DNA of 64,000 nt, taken from the NCBI GenBank assembly GCA_964016885.1, contig OZ024742.1, positions 234,050,001-234,114,000 on the forward strand, read 5' to 3'. The translations under genes were made by a program, and so were the position numbers. This DNA comes from Eledone cirrhosa (taxonomy: Eukaryota). The notes beneath the pieces were generated by a model that did no database searches, was not told the origin of the DNA, and was given only the letters and a program-made list of their open reading frames with translations. Positions 44,231 to 56,649 of this stretch are shown piece by piece; within the stretch, counting starts at the first letter, position 1, and every line of letters begins with the position of its first letter.

Positions 44231-45009
44231 TAATATTCAATCCAAACTTTAGTGGCTGCACCACAAAAGGCATCCACCAGGATCTAATTGTCATCTGAGG
44301 GCACAATTTTCAGCAAACCTCATTTCTTTCATTAACACGTATATGGTCTTAGTTTCAGCTTCAGTGCAATACCTAAGACAGATTGTGGAATGCCTCCTCT
44401 CCCATCACTGACTGATAGAATGAAAATAATGTTGATATTGGCCTGCAAACTTTTTTGATTCCCACTATAATATTCAACTATGGAATTATGAATCACATGC
44501 CAGAAGTGACATGGCCAGCAATGCCACATGAACAGAAGGGGAAAAAGAGATCTCTTTCCTCATAGGGATTTGATATGAGTGGTTGTGTGTCTGTGAGCTT
44601 TTGTGAAATACTGATTTCTGACCAGAGTTTTGGAGTGAGTGTGATTCTTAGATTGTGCAGCTAAAAAAGAATGATAATTGGAGAAGACCACTAAGGTAAA
44701 TGATTATGCATTTTTCCACCACATATACTATGCAGATCTGGATTTGAGCTGCATGACCCAGGGGTCTTGATTATACAAATCAACTTTTTCAGGCATCCAA
44801 ATCTTCTGAGTACATGGCATAGGCCTAACAGGTATTCTATTAAGTGGTTTACATTAGGAAGAACTTCCAGCTGTAGAAACTATGCAAAAAATGGAACTTA
44901 TGAGGATGACATTTTTCCAGACCAATCTTGACAACCCAGCCAATTCATACCAACATGGAAAATGATAACGATGATACCATACTCCCATAAGTGTAGCATT
45001 AAACGGGGG

Positions 45010-45590
45010 AGGGGGGATATCAAATGAGTTTGGCTTCTCCATTTTTCCAAACTTCTGCTGTGATTCTGTCCACTTCTGATGTCTTTCTATCTGAGAGTGA
45101 CCAGATTGCAACCAGCACTTCTTGATTTTATCACACCTGGTGTATCATCCATTGATACATCAGTAGTTTGATGCATCACATTTTCTAAGGCTTCCTGCTT
45201 GACACACCCTGTTGCATTGAGCATTTGATGGAAATGTTCTGCAAAGCAGTCAAGTATTTGTCCTTTTTTCTGGATCATTATTGATCCATCAGCTGAGTGA
45301 CACTACTCTTCTGAGACTTGTGTACATCCTTCAGTCCTATGCTATTGAAATTAGCTTTGCTTTACAGGTTGAACACTTTGTTTTTCTGTAACTTCATGTT
45401 ACAAGTGTGCTATTGCAGTCTCCTTTTGGTTTCTGAATTTAGCAAAGCTTCAACAAGCGTTGGGTGCCTGGAAACATTTCAGTTGAGCTTGGTTGCATTG
45501 CTCCAAAAGTGAAACAAAAGTAGAATCTTCACAATCAAACCAGTCTTGATAATTCCTTGTTGGTTTCCCAAACACAATTTCTAGTTATAT
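45010..45590 (-). mobile_element. Bov-B-like RTE LINE linker fragment (second RTE family)
   Basis: NYQDWFD...SADGSIMIQKKGQILDCFAEHFHQMLN. Confidence 0.7.
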
Positions 45591-46507
45591 CATATATTCT
45601 GAGAGTGAAAGCGTGTAGCCTAGTGGTTAGGGTGTTGGAACCAAGATGATAAGGTTGTGGGTCTGATTCCTGGACTAGGTGGCATTATTGTTCATGTTAC
45701 TTTCATGATAGAACTAGGGCTCCTATCATTAAAGTAACTGTGAAACTTCCCATGAGATACATCTGTGTAAAAGGCCAGCTAAGCCTATATATACATGAAC
45801 TGCATATATATTGTGGTACAAAGTAAGAACCAACTTGCATTCATACTTCTTGGTTTTTTATTGTTTCACACTATTCCAGAGCTCTTTCCAAAATGGCATT
45901 TACATTCCTATCTACCAGCTTCTCTATTGTCAGCTTAATTAGCTTAGGAGATCATGTGCTACTCTCTCTAGTTACTATCATGAAGGCTAGTCTTGACTTC
46001 TAGGTCCCACACTTATATAATTTTCTAAAGATTACCAGGTTCAGTCATTGGCCTGCAGCCATATTAGATAACCACTTTGAGGAGATTTGGTCAATCTTGT
46101 TGATTGCAGTATTAATTTTTTAAAGTCTGGTGCTTGTTTTAGCAATCACTTTTTGTTGAAAGGTTAAGTTACAGGACATAAGCACACACAGACACTCCCA
46201 TATATATGACAGACTTCTGCAGTTTCCATCTGAGAAATTTCACTCACAAAGCATTGTTCAACTGGAAGCTGTAGTAGACACTTGTCCAAGGTACCAAACT
46301 GTGAGAGTGAACCTGAAACCATATGATTGTGCAGCTCCTTAACCCCACAGCCGCACTTGTAATTTAAAAACATTCATTAGTAAGCTAAAACCAAAGATCC
46401 TTATGGCTTGAATTTTACAAATGTAGATTCTGATCTAAATATAGGTAAACACTGAAATCAATACCACAAGGAAGAAGTTTAGTAGTTTAAATAAGGTTTT
46501 GATGTTT

Positions 46508-46865
46508 CATCATCGTCATCATTTTATGCCCGCTGTTCCGTGCTTGCATGGGTGGGACAGGTTTTTTTCAGCACAGCATCCCTCCATTTCTCGTTTTCCT
46601 TCATCATCTCCTCTGTGAGCTTCAGCAATTTGAGACCAGCTCTAATCACCTCTGCCCAACTCTTCCTTGGTCTTCCTTTACTGCAACTTCCTTCTACTGG
46701 AATTTCTTGGCTCTTCTTCACTCAGCAATCATCATGGATGTGTACCATCTATCCATACCAGCACATTCTTCTCTCTTGCACACTACATCTGATTCCTCTC
46801 AAACCCATTGTTTATCTTTCAGTTCATCAATGTTTTGTCATTCATACACATTAACATAGCACATT
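46508..46865 (-). mobile_element. RTE LINE 3' end
   Basis: VEGSCSKGRPRKSWAEVIRAGLK..WRDAVLKKTCPT followed by the family tail. Confidence 0.85.
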
Positions 46866-46970
46866 GATGAAACCTTAAAACAGCTATAGTAATTAGGTGT
46901 CATCTATCTGTTACTACAATAACTATGACACTTTGGCAGTGAAGTAAAACATTTACAGTGACATTATTCT

Positions 46971-47157
46971 GGTGGATTGGCAGTATCGGTAGGGGGTCGG
47001 ACGCCATGCTTTCCAGCATAGTTACGTCCCTTAACGATCTGAGTTCAAATCCCGCCGAGGTTGACTTTGCCTTTCATCCTTACGGGGTCGATAAAATAAA
47101 GTACCAGTAATGCACTGGGTAATTGCTGGCCTTGTGCCAAAAGTAGAAACAATTATT
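46971..47157 (+). mobile_element. SINE family A, full length with target-site duplication
   Basis: A-box-like TGGCAGTATCGG, B-box GAGTTCAAATCC; ATTATTCT on both sides (46963-46970, 47152-47159). Confidence 0.9.
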
Positions 47158-47824
47158 CTAGAATAAGAAAAGTAGAAACTGTTAGATAATGTATCTCAGA
47201 AACAGGCAGAGTTGATAGATTAATTTCATAAAAATAGCAGAGAATTTTCAAAAGAATTGTAGATTGTATTACCAAGTAGCATAAAATGAAAATTGTGCTA
47301 GTAAATTTATATATATATATATGGTAAGGTTAGAGTTTACAAAAAGTATATTGACATATTTTAGAACGTGTGGGCAGGTCCACCAGGGCTCTGTTCTCAG
47401 TCTCCTTCTGTCTTTTCCCACATTAGTCTTCCTTCATTCATATCATTGATTCCTCCCTTTTTTACTATCTAAATCATCCCCACCCACCCACTCTCATACT
47501 CACTACAACATATTTGGAAGATAGCTTCAGTTCTATCAGACCTCCACTGCCTTCTAATACTCATCCATCCACCCCTTAATCACTGAAAAATGATACCTAC
47601 ACATAAAGTGGGGTATCTTAGTATATCCACCACTTGTATATTATCTACACCCCTACTCTCACACCTTTCATTGAGATGCCAGTTGTGACTCTCCTTTTCT
47701 TCAAGGCCACCCCAACAACCCAACACTCATTCTCTTTCACTCCTGGCAGGTAACATGTAGAAGCTATTGCTACATGTCCCAGAGTGCCACTTTCACCATG
47801 CTCACATCTACCCATTCCCATAAC

Positions 47825-49580
47825 AACATTGTAAGAATAAAAAGACAGGTTCTATGAGGAACTTTCACAGACAACTTCAGGTACCAATGAAGGTGACCCA
47901 GGGCCGGATTTAGATTTGATGAGGCCCTAAGCTATTTGAGATAATGGGGCCCTTTATATGTTATAAAAAATGTTATAAAAACTGCAAAACGTTCAATATT
48001 AAAGCAAAAAATGTTTAAAACTATTGCATTATTTTAGTTCTTTTTTATCTTATACTTTGGAAATGTACACCGTTTATTTTCAATTTTTTTGGGGCCCCAA
48101 TAAAGTGGGGGCCCCTAAGCTATAGTTTATTTATCTTATACGTAAATCCCACTCTGAGGTGACCTCATCATCCTGGAGGGTGACTTCTACCAACATGTGG
48201 AGCAGTACCAGGAGACAGATTCAATGAATTTCGTAGTGGCTAAGGTTATGGCTCAAGAAATCAAGAGGGATTGAGACTCCTGGAATTCTGTGATGCAAAT
48301 GAACTAACCATTTGCAATACAAATTTCAGAAAATCAGCCAACTACCTGATCTCATATCAATCAAGTGAACACACAAGTCAAATTTATTACTTACCTGTAA
48401 AACAATGAGATAAACAGACTGTAATAAATACTAAGGTCTTCCCTGGGGAAGAATGCACCCCACCCCATCCCCAACACAAGTGAGTTATGAGTGACATCAA
48501 AATAAGCACAAGACAGAACAAGATATGCAGGAAAATATGGAGATGTAAGGTTTGGAAGCTAAAGGACTTTTCAGTTAAATATAGGTATAGAAAGGCCCTA
48601 CAGGATGCAGTAGATGAGAGGGGTGATGAGCTAGGTACACATAATGTAGAGGACAACTGGAAATTCCTACATGACAACCTTTTGTGAACTACTAATGAGA
48701 CATGTAGCTGGAATAAAGCAGCAGCCAGACAGAGGGTGACTTGGTGGTAGAACAGCTCAGTGGATAGAGCCATTAATGTCAAGAGACAGGCATGGAAAGA
48801 CTGGAAAAATAGGAGTAGCAGAGATCAGTATAAGGTAGCTAAGAGAGACTCTAGACAACAAATATACACAGCATGGAGAGAGGTTGAAGAAAGAAAGTTT
48901 GCCAACATCCTGAGACGTGAGGATCAGAGATGTTAAGTGATCCACCTTGCAAGGCAGTGTCAGTGTAAATCATGATGTTGTTGGAGAAAAGTGTTAGAAA
49001 TAACACTGGTGCATTTAACACCACTGATGTCCAAAAGAAAGAAGCCTGGAAATGTTACTATGATGAATGTAGGAAATGAATAGGAGGAAGAGAAACTACC
49101 CTCAACCTACCCAACAGAAGGACCAGCCATTGAAGTTGACAGTTAAAGGGTTAAAGAAGCAATCAAAGATATGAATAATGGTAAAGGTGCAGGGCCATCA
49201 GAGATAGTTGCTGAGATGCTAAAAGCATCAGAAGAATTAGGAGTCAAACTAGTAATCTGTCAATCAGGTAATACAGGACAGTGTCATACCCAATGACTGG
49301 TGCAGCAATACAATTGTCAATTGCTACAAGGGCAAAGGTAATGCTCTAGAACGGAGCAACTATAGAGGAATAAAATGAATGGACTAAGTTATAAAAGTGA
49401 TGGAAAGAGTTATAGCACAACTAATTAGAGAAAGAGTCAAATTATACAAGATATGCTTGGGAAAAGTACTGCAGACACCGTCTTTTTAGTGAGGCAACTA
49501 CAAGAGTTACTAACCAAAAATAAGCCATTATACTTAACTTTTGTTGATCTAGAAAAGGCCTTTGACAGAGTACCTTTGAC
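47825..49580 (+). mobile_element. RTE LINE, endonuclease to early RT, decayed
   Basis: FYEELSQ..DLIILEGDF, ICNTNFRK, PGEEC..QH, GKGAGPSEIVAEMLK, YKGKGNALERSNYRGIK, FVDLEKAFDRVP. Confidence 0.9.
47899..48156. mobile_element. hAT-type MITE
   Basis: TIRs CAGGGCCGGATTTA / TAAATCCCACTCTG; perfect 8-bp TSD AGGTGACC (47891-47898, 48157-48164). Confidence 0.85.
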
Positions 49581-49844
49581 ACCTACATGACCACTTTACA
49601 GTGTGGACTAGGCACTTTTGTTGTGACACTTACACAACTACTTTATAATGTGAGCTGGGTTCTTTTGTCGTGGCTCCAGAGGAACCACTTTATGGTGTGG
49701 GTTGGGGACGTGGGTGGGGTTGGTGGGGAATATGCCTGGAGAATTGGGGACGTAGGTATAGGGGTAGGATGATTACAGCTAGGGAGGTGTATGGGGGAGA
49801 TGGTAGGGGAAGGTGCTGTCTACTAAATATATTCCTCATCTCAA

Positions 49845-50095
49845 GCTTATAGGAGGGCAGGTCTTCTGTAATACTGCATAACACCAGAGATCACAGTCCT
49901 GTTTCATTGCCTTAGTGAGGTGTAATTGTGCAAAGTCAGCTTTTATTACTTCATCCCAAGTCTTCCTAGGCCTGCCCATTTCATGGCTTCCATCAACTTT
50001 GAGTGATCTGCCCCTTTTTATACAGCTGTCATTCTTTATATGCATCACATGTCCATACCAACACAATTTCCTCTCCTGCACACTGCATCAGATTT
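49845..50095 (-). mobile_element. RTE LINE 3' fragment
   Basis: QERKLCWYGHVMH...GRPRKTWDEVIKAD. Confidence 0.85.
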
Positions 50096-50179
50096 TATAT
50101 GCATATAATTAGTTTGATTAAAATAACAGGAGACCAGATTGGTGAAGTTCCCACAAAGTTTTAGTGTTGCAAAACCACT

Positions 50180-50244
50180 ATATATATATATATATATTTC
50201 AATGGTCTGGTTACGTAAGATCCTGGCGACATCATCAGGTTCAT
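50180..50244 (-). ncRNA. Hammerhead motif truncated at stem III by (TA)n
   Basis: CTGATGA-TGTC...GACCATT-GAAA-(TA)n; same TG...CATT-GAAA-TATAT signature as 34513-34586; 3' strand of stem I missing. Confidence 0.6.
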
Positions 50245-50657
50245 ATTGCATAATTAGTTAAGTTATATAGGAATTACGGCAAACACAAACAGAAAAAATA
50301 TTTGATTCGGAGATGGCCTGTGAAGTAGGTATTATTGTTGCTGCAGACCATCTCCGAATCACCAGTTCTATCCAGTGGTGAACCACTAAACTTAAATGTA
50401 TATATATATATATTGTTATACTTTGGGAGACACATGTTGCCAATAAGAAACACACGCACCAGTTGGTAAACAAATTCAGAAAAGAAATATATATATATAT
50501 AATATATATATATATATATAATACATGGAAAGTTATATTTAAATTGTTGGGTTAACAACGAGTAAATATTTATAACTGATATAAAAGCACTCAACAAGTA
50601 TTTGGAGTATATTTATGATATTAAATAAATGGAAACTATATTTATAAAACCATATTT

Positions 50658-50721
50658 ATTTCGTTATATATATTTCAGGGATATCATATTAACAATATGT
50701 TATGCCTTCTTCAGACAAAAT
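50658..50721 (-). ncRNA. Type I hammerhead ribozyme motif
   Basis: ATTTTGT-CTGAAGA-AGG c ATA a CATATT(gtt)AATATG a TAT c CCT-GAAA-TATATA-TA-ACGAAAT: 7-bp stem I, palindromic stem III. Confidence 0.78.
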
Positions 50722-50826
50722 ACAATATAAACAGTCTTATAAATAAATAGATACGACATACCTTTCAATCACCTTGCATTTATTTAATATCATATATATA
50801 TATAATATATATATATATATAATATG

Positions 50827-50873
<47 letters not shown>

Positions 50874-51095
50874 TACATACATATATATATATATATGAAA
50901 AATATGGGGAGAAGAATACTGCATGGTTGCACATGTTATAAAATGAGTCCCTTATCAGTGATTTGCCAACGATCATTGGTATTTCATCGCATTAAATATA
51001 TATATATATCACGATAAATTAACGGAACCATAGACTCTCATTATTCCCTGTCAATAATGTGCTCAAAGGAAATTGTATAGTCTTGTATAGTCTTG

Positions 51096-51178
51096 CACGC
51101 ACTGATGACCCATAGGCTATTCCATTTCAGTCAACAACTTCCTGGTGAAACAGATCTCTTTGGATTTGTACATGTGTG
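51096..51178 (+). ncRNA. Type I hammerhead ribozyme motif
   Basis: CACGCA-CTGATGA-cCCAtaGG...CCTGGt-GAAA-CAGATC(tctttg)GATTTG-TA-ca-TGTGTG; 2 extra nt before stem I. Confidence 0.65.
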
Positions 51179-51387
51179 TTATATAGTTATAGAGGTGCGT
51201 ATATACATTTTAATTTATATTTTTAATTATTGTGTGTCTACCCTGCCTTCCATAGATTATAGATTCCATACTGGTGGTTTTCTCTGTTTTATTGATGGCA
51301 CACTATTTCTCTCTCTCTAGTGTGTTACCTCATCAACATATTGTATATACATATATATACATATATATATAATATATATAATATATA

Positions 51388-51425
<38 letters not shown>

Positions 51426-51451
51426 AGAATGATATACATATACATATATAT

Positions 51452-51792
51452 ATAAAGAATGAATAATAAAACAGGTAGACATCATAAAAAGGTAATTTAT
51501 TCCGAGTGCTTACAAATGTTTCAACAGTAGTTACACAGCCTAGTCATGCTATGTGCAAATTGGTAGTTATTTATTTGCAGATACTCAATTTTCAAATGCT
51601 GCTTCTCCATTGGATTCTGCTTTGAAGACACGGTAGGAGAAGCAGCATTTGAAAATTGAGTATCTGCAAATAAATAACTACCAATTTGCACATAGCATGA
51701 CTAGGCTGTGTAACTACTGTTGAAACATTTGCAAGCACTCGGAATAAATTACCTTTTTATGATGTCTACCTGTTTTATTATTCATTCTTTAT
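51452..51792. repeat. Near-perfect palindrome: 157-bp arms, 27-bp spacer
   Basis: 51452-51608 is the reverse complement of 51636-51792 with one mismatch. Confidence 0.95.
51618..51737 (+). ncRNA. Degenerate hammerhead with large loop II
   Basis: TGCT-TTGAAGA-c-ACGGTAG...(~77 nt)...CTACTGT-t-GAAA-CATTTG-CA-AGCA; the inverted arm keeps the GUA site. Confidence 0.55.
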
Positions 51793-51972
51793 CTACACTC
51801 CGGAATACAGAAGAATCAGAAACTGAGTTTCTTTAACTATTCTTCCATAACTCGTTGAGTAACCCCTCACCGTACGTCGACTCTATCTAGTGTAGTAATT
51901 AACCATTACTGCATTCAGGATAATCCTAACCATTTCTTGTATAACCTAATATATATATATATATATATATAT

Positions 51973-52088
51973 ATAGGAACGAGTAGGACCTCAACGGCTG
52001 AGCTCAAGCCGTTTCGACGGCTAATTCAACGGTGAATTAGCCGTTGAAACGGCTTGAGCTCAGCCGTCGGGGTCCTACTCGTTCCTAT
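51973..52088. repeat. 56-bp-arm hairpin made from a hammerhead 3' half
   Basis: Arms 51973-52028 and 52033-52088, 3 mismatches, 4-nt loop; right side reads AACGG..CCGTT-GAAA-CGGCT(tgagctc)AGCCG-TC. Confidence 0.9.
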
Positions 52089-52165
52089 TACCCACTCTAC
52101 TACCCTAAGTATTGAGTACTTTGGTGTGTTATGGTCCATCTGGTTCCTTACCACATTTCCTTTGT

Positions 52166-52196
<31 letters not shown>

Positions 52197-52469
52197 GAGA
52201 TAATGAGATCGAGATTGTGTAGGTGTCACGACAAAAAAACACACAGTCCACACTGTAATGTGGCCGTGTAGGTAACACGGTAAAAAGTTCCCAGTTCCAC
52301 ACTGTAAATGTGGTTGGTGTTAGGAAGGGCATCCAGCCGTAGAAAACCTGCCAGATAGTCCTATATGAGCGAGACACGGTCACCCAACCAACCTTGCCTC
52401 AAGTGGGACAACTCCCGTCTAACCCATGCTAGCGTGGAAGATGGACGTTAAACAATGATGATGATGATG

Positions 52470-52471
<2 letters not shown>
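52197..52471 (+). mobile_element. RTE-tailed SINE family B inserted in (TA)n
   Basis: Close match to 23750-24013. Confidence 0.85.
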
Positions 52472-52551
<80 letters not shown>

Positions 52552-53419
52552 GGAGTCTGCAGTGCTGAGACCAGGAAGACCACTAATCATGTGAGTACTC
52601 AATGCATGGGGAGATGCAGAGTATATTTATATACAGGCATTCTAAAAATTACCAAATGTCCTTCAAATCCCCTTACCATCTTAAAAAAAAAATGAACGAT
52701 GTTAGCCAATGTATATCCATGTTATACATAAAGAAAGGGCACTCACACCTTCAATCCCTTTGATCATACATCTGCTTGAGGAGTGTTGACCTATGTCTAA
52801 ACAACAACAACTATGCTGTAAAATCTCATTACTCACAAGCCATACAAAGAAGAGATGAGTTAAAAACAATAAATAAATAAATAAACTCTACTTGTACCAT
52901 CCTAATTATCATCAACGTCAGTAAAGTATAATATACCATTCCTTGCTATTCACTTATAAACAGAATACTTAACACATCCTTCCGAAACAACAAAATAATG
53001 TTGTCTGATAAATTATGCCTCAGGTCACCAATAAACAATACATTTTAAATCTACAATTCCTCCAAAAATATCAATACTCTTACCATCTCTTTTTAGCTCA
53101 TACTAATATTGCCTGTGACAGATAGAATGCTTTGTGGTATTTGTTTGGGCTCTCTATGTTCTGAGTTCAAATTCTGCTAAGGTCAATTTTGCCTTTCACC
53201 CTTTCAAAATCGATAAAAGAGGTAACAGTTCGGTGCTGCATTTAATACCTTCTCCATATCTCTTTCTCACTTTCTCTCTTTCACTCTCACTCCTTCTCTG
53301 GAAGAAATCTGCTATGCTCCAGCTTGGAGAAGGGATGGTTTAAAATGCCCAAAACATGCCTTATGTCAGGATAGCACCCCTATGACTCCATCAGGAGTTA
53401 TGGGTCCAGCAGCCAAATT

Positions 53420-53631
53420 CCCTTTAGCATTTACATTACTCTATATATACTATTATATTTTCACGGTAAACAGTTTATCTCACATCATATCAAATCTGTG
53501 AGATTTTTATGTTATTTATTTTGAGAACAATACCTTAACATCAGTATGAGCAGCCAGTTAAAGCCGGTTTGAACAGAAAGAGGTGAGAGAATTCTGGCTG
53601 GATATGGCCTGTTTAAAAGCTAAAGGGTTAA
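53420..53631 (+). mobile_element. piggyBac-type MITE
   Basis: CCCTTTAGCATTTA...GCTAAAGGG|TTAA. Confidence 0.85.
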
Positions 53632-54469
53632 ATCACACTGTACAGTCTTTTTTTTTAAAAAGGAACATCTGATCATATAGTCCTCAATACACTATATCTG
53701 GAGAAAAAAGTAACATGCCATACTGATACACTGTATCTCATACAATACTGCATGTCTGCATACATAGTATGATCAATCACTAGATAGATGCATCATGTAT
53801 CCGTGGATTAAATCTAGTAATTTAACCAATTGTTTATATGCCAGAGGTCTGTTTGATCAGAGCTAGGCTGGGACAAAACAACAACAACCATGATGTTTGC
53901 AATTGTTTTGATTTCTGCTCCTATTGTCAATAGTTGTAACCAGCAGATAGTATCAGCAATTGAAAGACCAATGGAAATATTATATCCTTGATCTGATCTG
54001 ATAATTGATAAATATTGTGAAAAAGCATTCTAAGGTTGAGTTTACTAATTTAGAAAATTATAATCTTAACTGAAAACTGTTAATATAGTACACATGTACC
54101 ACAAAGTAGAACACTACTCACATATATCTACATTCAAGGAAAAAAAGAACATATTGAATGAGAACATAGTATTTGCATACTGGACTTGACTTTCTATCTA
54201 TTTGTTTTGTCTATCCATCATACAATTTGAATAGTTTCTCTTTTTAGCAGTAGTATCTTTTCATTTCATATAAAAGCAGTTTAGGATTGAGTATCAATTT
54301 TTCTCATCTAAGTGAGAGACATTTGAAAGATTGCCCAAGTCTTGGTAAACAAAAGAATTGGACAAATACAAATTATTCATTTGTATTTTACCTCTTATCT
54401 GAATATCTTATTTTGTCTCTCTCTCTTCCAGATATAAAATGAAGTTCTTCTTAATACTCTAAGAGACTC

Positions 54470-54503
<34 letters not shown>

Positions 54504-55889
54504 CCTCCTTCTTTCTCTTTCTTTCTCTCTCTCTCCCTCCCTCCTTCTTTCTCTTTCTTTCTCTCCCTGCCTCTCTCTCGCTCTCTCTCTCTCTCTCCTT
54601 CTTTCTATCTTTTCTTCTCTCTCTCTTGATAATCTCTTAAACTTTTGTTTTTATATCTTCTCTCTTCTCATAGCTTACTTTCTTATGTTTCTCTTTAACT
54701 TATTTAGCATGAGAAACTTGCTTGTAAGATAAAAAAAACTGAACCTCTTAATTTTCACTGATGACTCTTAACAATATAGAAACAATCTTGACTGTAGAAA
54801 CAGGTTTGGAAGAAATATGAAATATTATCATCATCATCATCATCATCATCGTTTAACTTTCATCTTCCAAGCTAGGACCATTAAACCTCACAAATATATT
54901 AAATCATATGAAGTTTGGTTGTATAAACATAGTGTTTTCTGTCGTTTGAAAAAATAGTAAATGACAAAAGAAATATTTTGTTCACTTCTTCACCCATTTC
55001 TTTCCTAAATCACAGAACTACTCTTAAGATAATTGACATACTCAGTAAACTCCCATCCACCAACACACACAAATCATTAACCCACTCTCATATCCATAAT
55101 GCTTCTTGATCTCTTCAATAAGTAAAGAAAGCCAAGGTACAATTTATCAGAAAAAAATAATTTTATGTCAAATTATTAATATATTTGGATAAAAAATATG
55201 GCAGTGAAATTGGTTATGGATCCATAAGTCCTGATAAAGTCATAAGGCGCCATCATGACATATGGCATGTCTTGGGAATTTTAAACCTGGCAGAATCCAT
55301 TCCTTTCCAGGTCTGAATACAGCTAATTTCTTCAAGGGAAAGAGAGAGGGAGAAAAGGATATAGAGGAAGAATCAATCTCAATACAGCACTGGTACATTT
55401 TTTATCAATCTCAAAAGGATAAAAGGCAAAGTTGACCTCTGTAGTATCTGAAGAGCACATAGAGCTGAAAGGAATGCAGCAAAGCATTCTATTTAATAGA
55501 GTGTTATCTCACTAATTATGCTACAAAAAAAATTATCATAGAAATCCCTTCATCAGAAAAAGTTAGGCACTAAAGAAAGCATTTAAACCAAAACCACATT
55601 CACACTCTTAAAAAGTAATTGAAGAAAAGAGGAAAAGAAAAATACTAAAATAAAATTAAAATGCTTTTTTTAGTTTCCGAGTGCTGGTGTCATGATAAAA
55701 TGCAGAGTAGTGTATTGGATAAAAGGTAAGAGAGTTGCAAGGTGCTGGCCCATTTGAGCATGCAGGAGCTTGCAAGAATGTAAGCAAGTTGTAGTCTCCT
55801 GACCCACTGTGGTTTCAGTGCTTCCACTCTGTGTGTCAATCCAGTCTGCTGATGACTCATTTAATCCTTGCTAGTAGGGAAACCAGATA

Positions 55890-56015
55890 TTAACCCTTTA
55901 TGTTACATTATGCTATATATACTATTATATTTTCATGGTAAAGGCATTATCTTACATAATATCGAATCTATGAGATTTTAGCTGGATATGGCCGGTTTAA
56001 ATGCTAAAGGGTTAA
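55890..56015 (+). mobile_element. piggyBac-type MITE, internally deleted, inserted in the TTAA of a SINE tail
   Basis: TTAA|CCCTTTA...TAAATGCTAAAGGG|TTAA followed by ATGATGATGAT. Confidence 0.8.
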
Positions 56016-56649
56016 ATGATGATGATCATGACATATCTATCAATTTGTAAATATTAAGTGAGCATAGAGAAAGTGATATAAAACAAATTTTGAAATTCAA
56101 TCTAGATAATTAATCATACATTAATCATGCTTTCTAATCTAAGAGAGCTCTAAAAGGTCAAAGACACTACCTACTCTTTTCAGACTAATAAAAATATATG
56201 ATGAATTTATTTGAAAAATAAGATAATTGTAATTTTATATTATACACACACATCTAACAGATACACTGTTTACTAAGATGCACAGCTTGTAAGTGTTGAC
56301 TCATTTGTAATAAATCTTTACAATATATTATATGAATATTTCAAATGTATTATTCTTGTAGTATTTGGCAGAACTGGTAGAACATCAGATAAAATGCCAT
56401 TGTGGTATTTGTTCCAGTTCTTTAGATTCTGAGTTCAAATTCTGCCAAAGTGAACTTTGCCTTTCATCCTTCAGGGTCGATAAAATAAAATACCAGTTCT
56501 GTATTAGGGTTGATTTAATCAACTTTACCCTTCCCCAAATGTGCTAGCTTTTTGCCTGAATTAGAACTCAATATTCATAAAGTGTTCTCTTCAATTGACT
56601 AGCTTTGACTTGCCAAACTGAATTAGTAGTTAATTCAGGTTAATAGAGG

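Noticed and set aside
47420-47820. Possible ancient Penelope thumb/linker remnant
   Set aside because: Only a vague Cys cluster; no alignable motifs.
54752-54800. CTGATGA...GAAA-CAATC(tt)GACTG-TA hammerhead-like string
   Set aside because: Stem II does not pair; too decayed to count.
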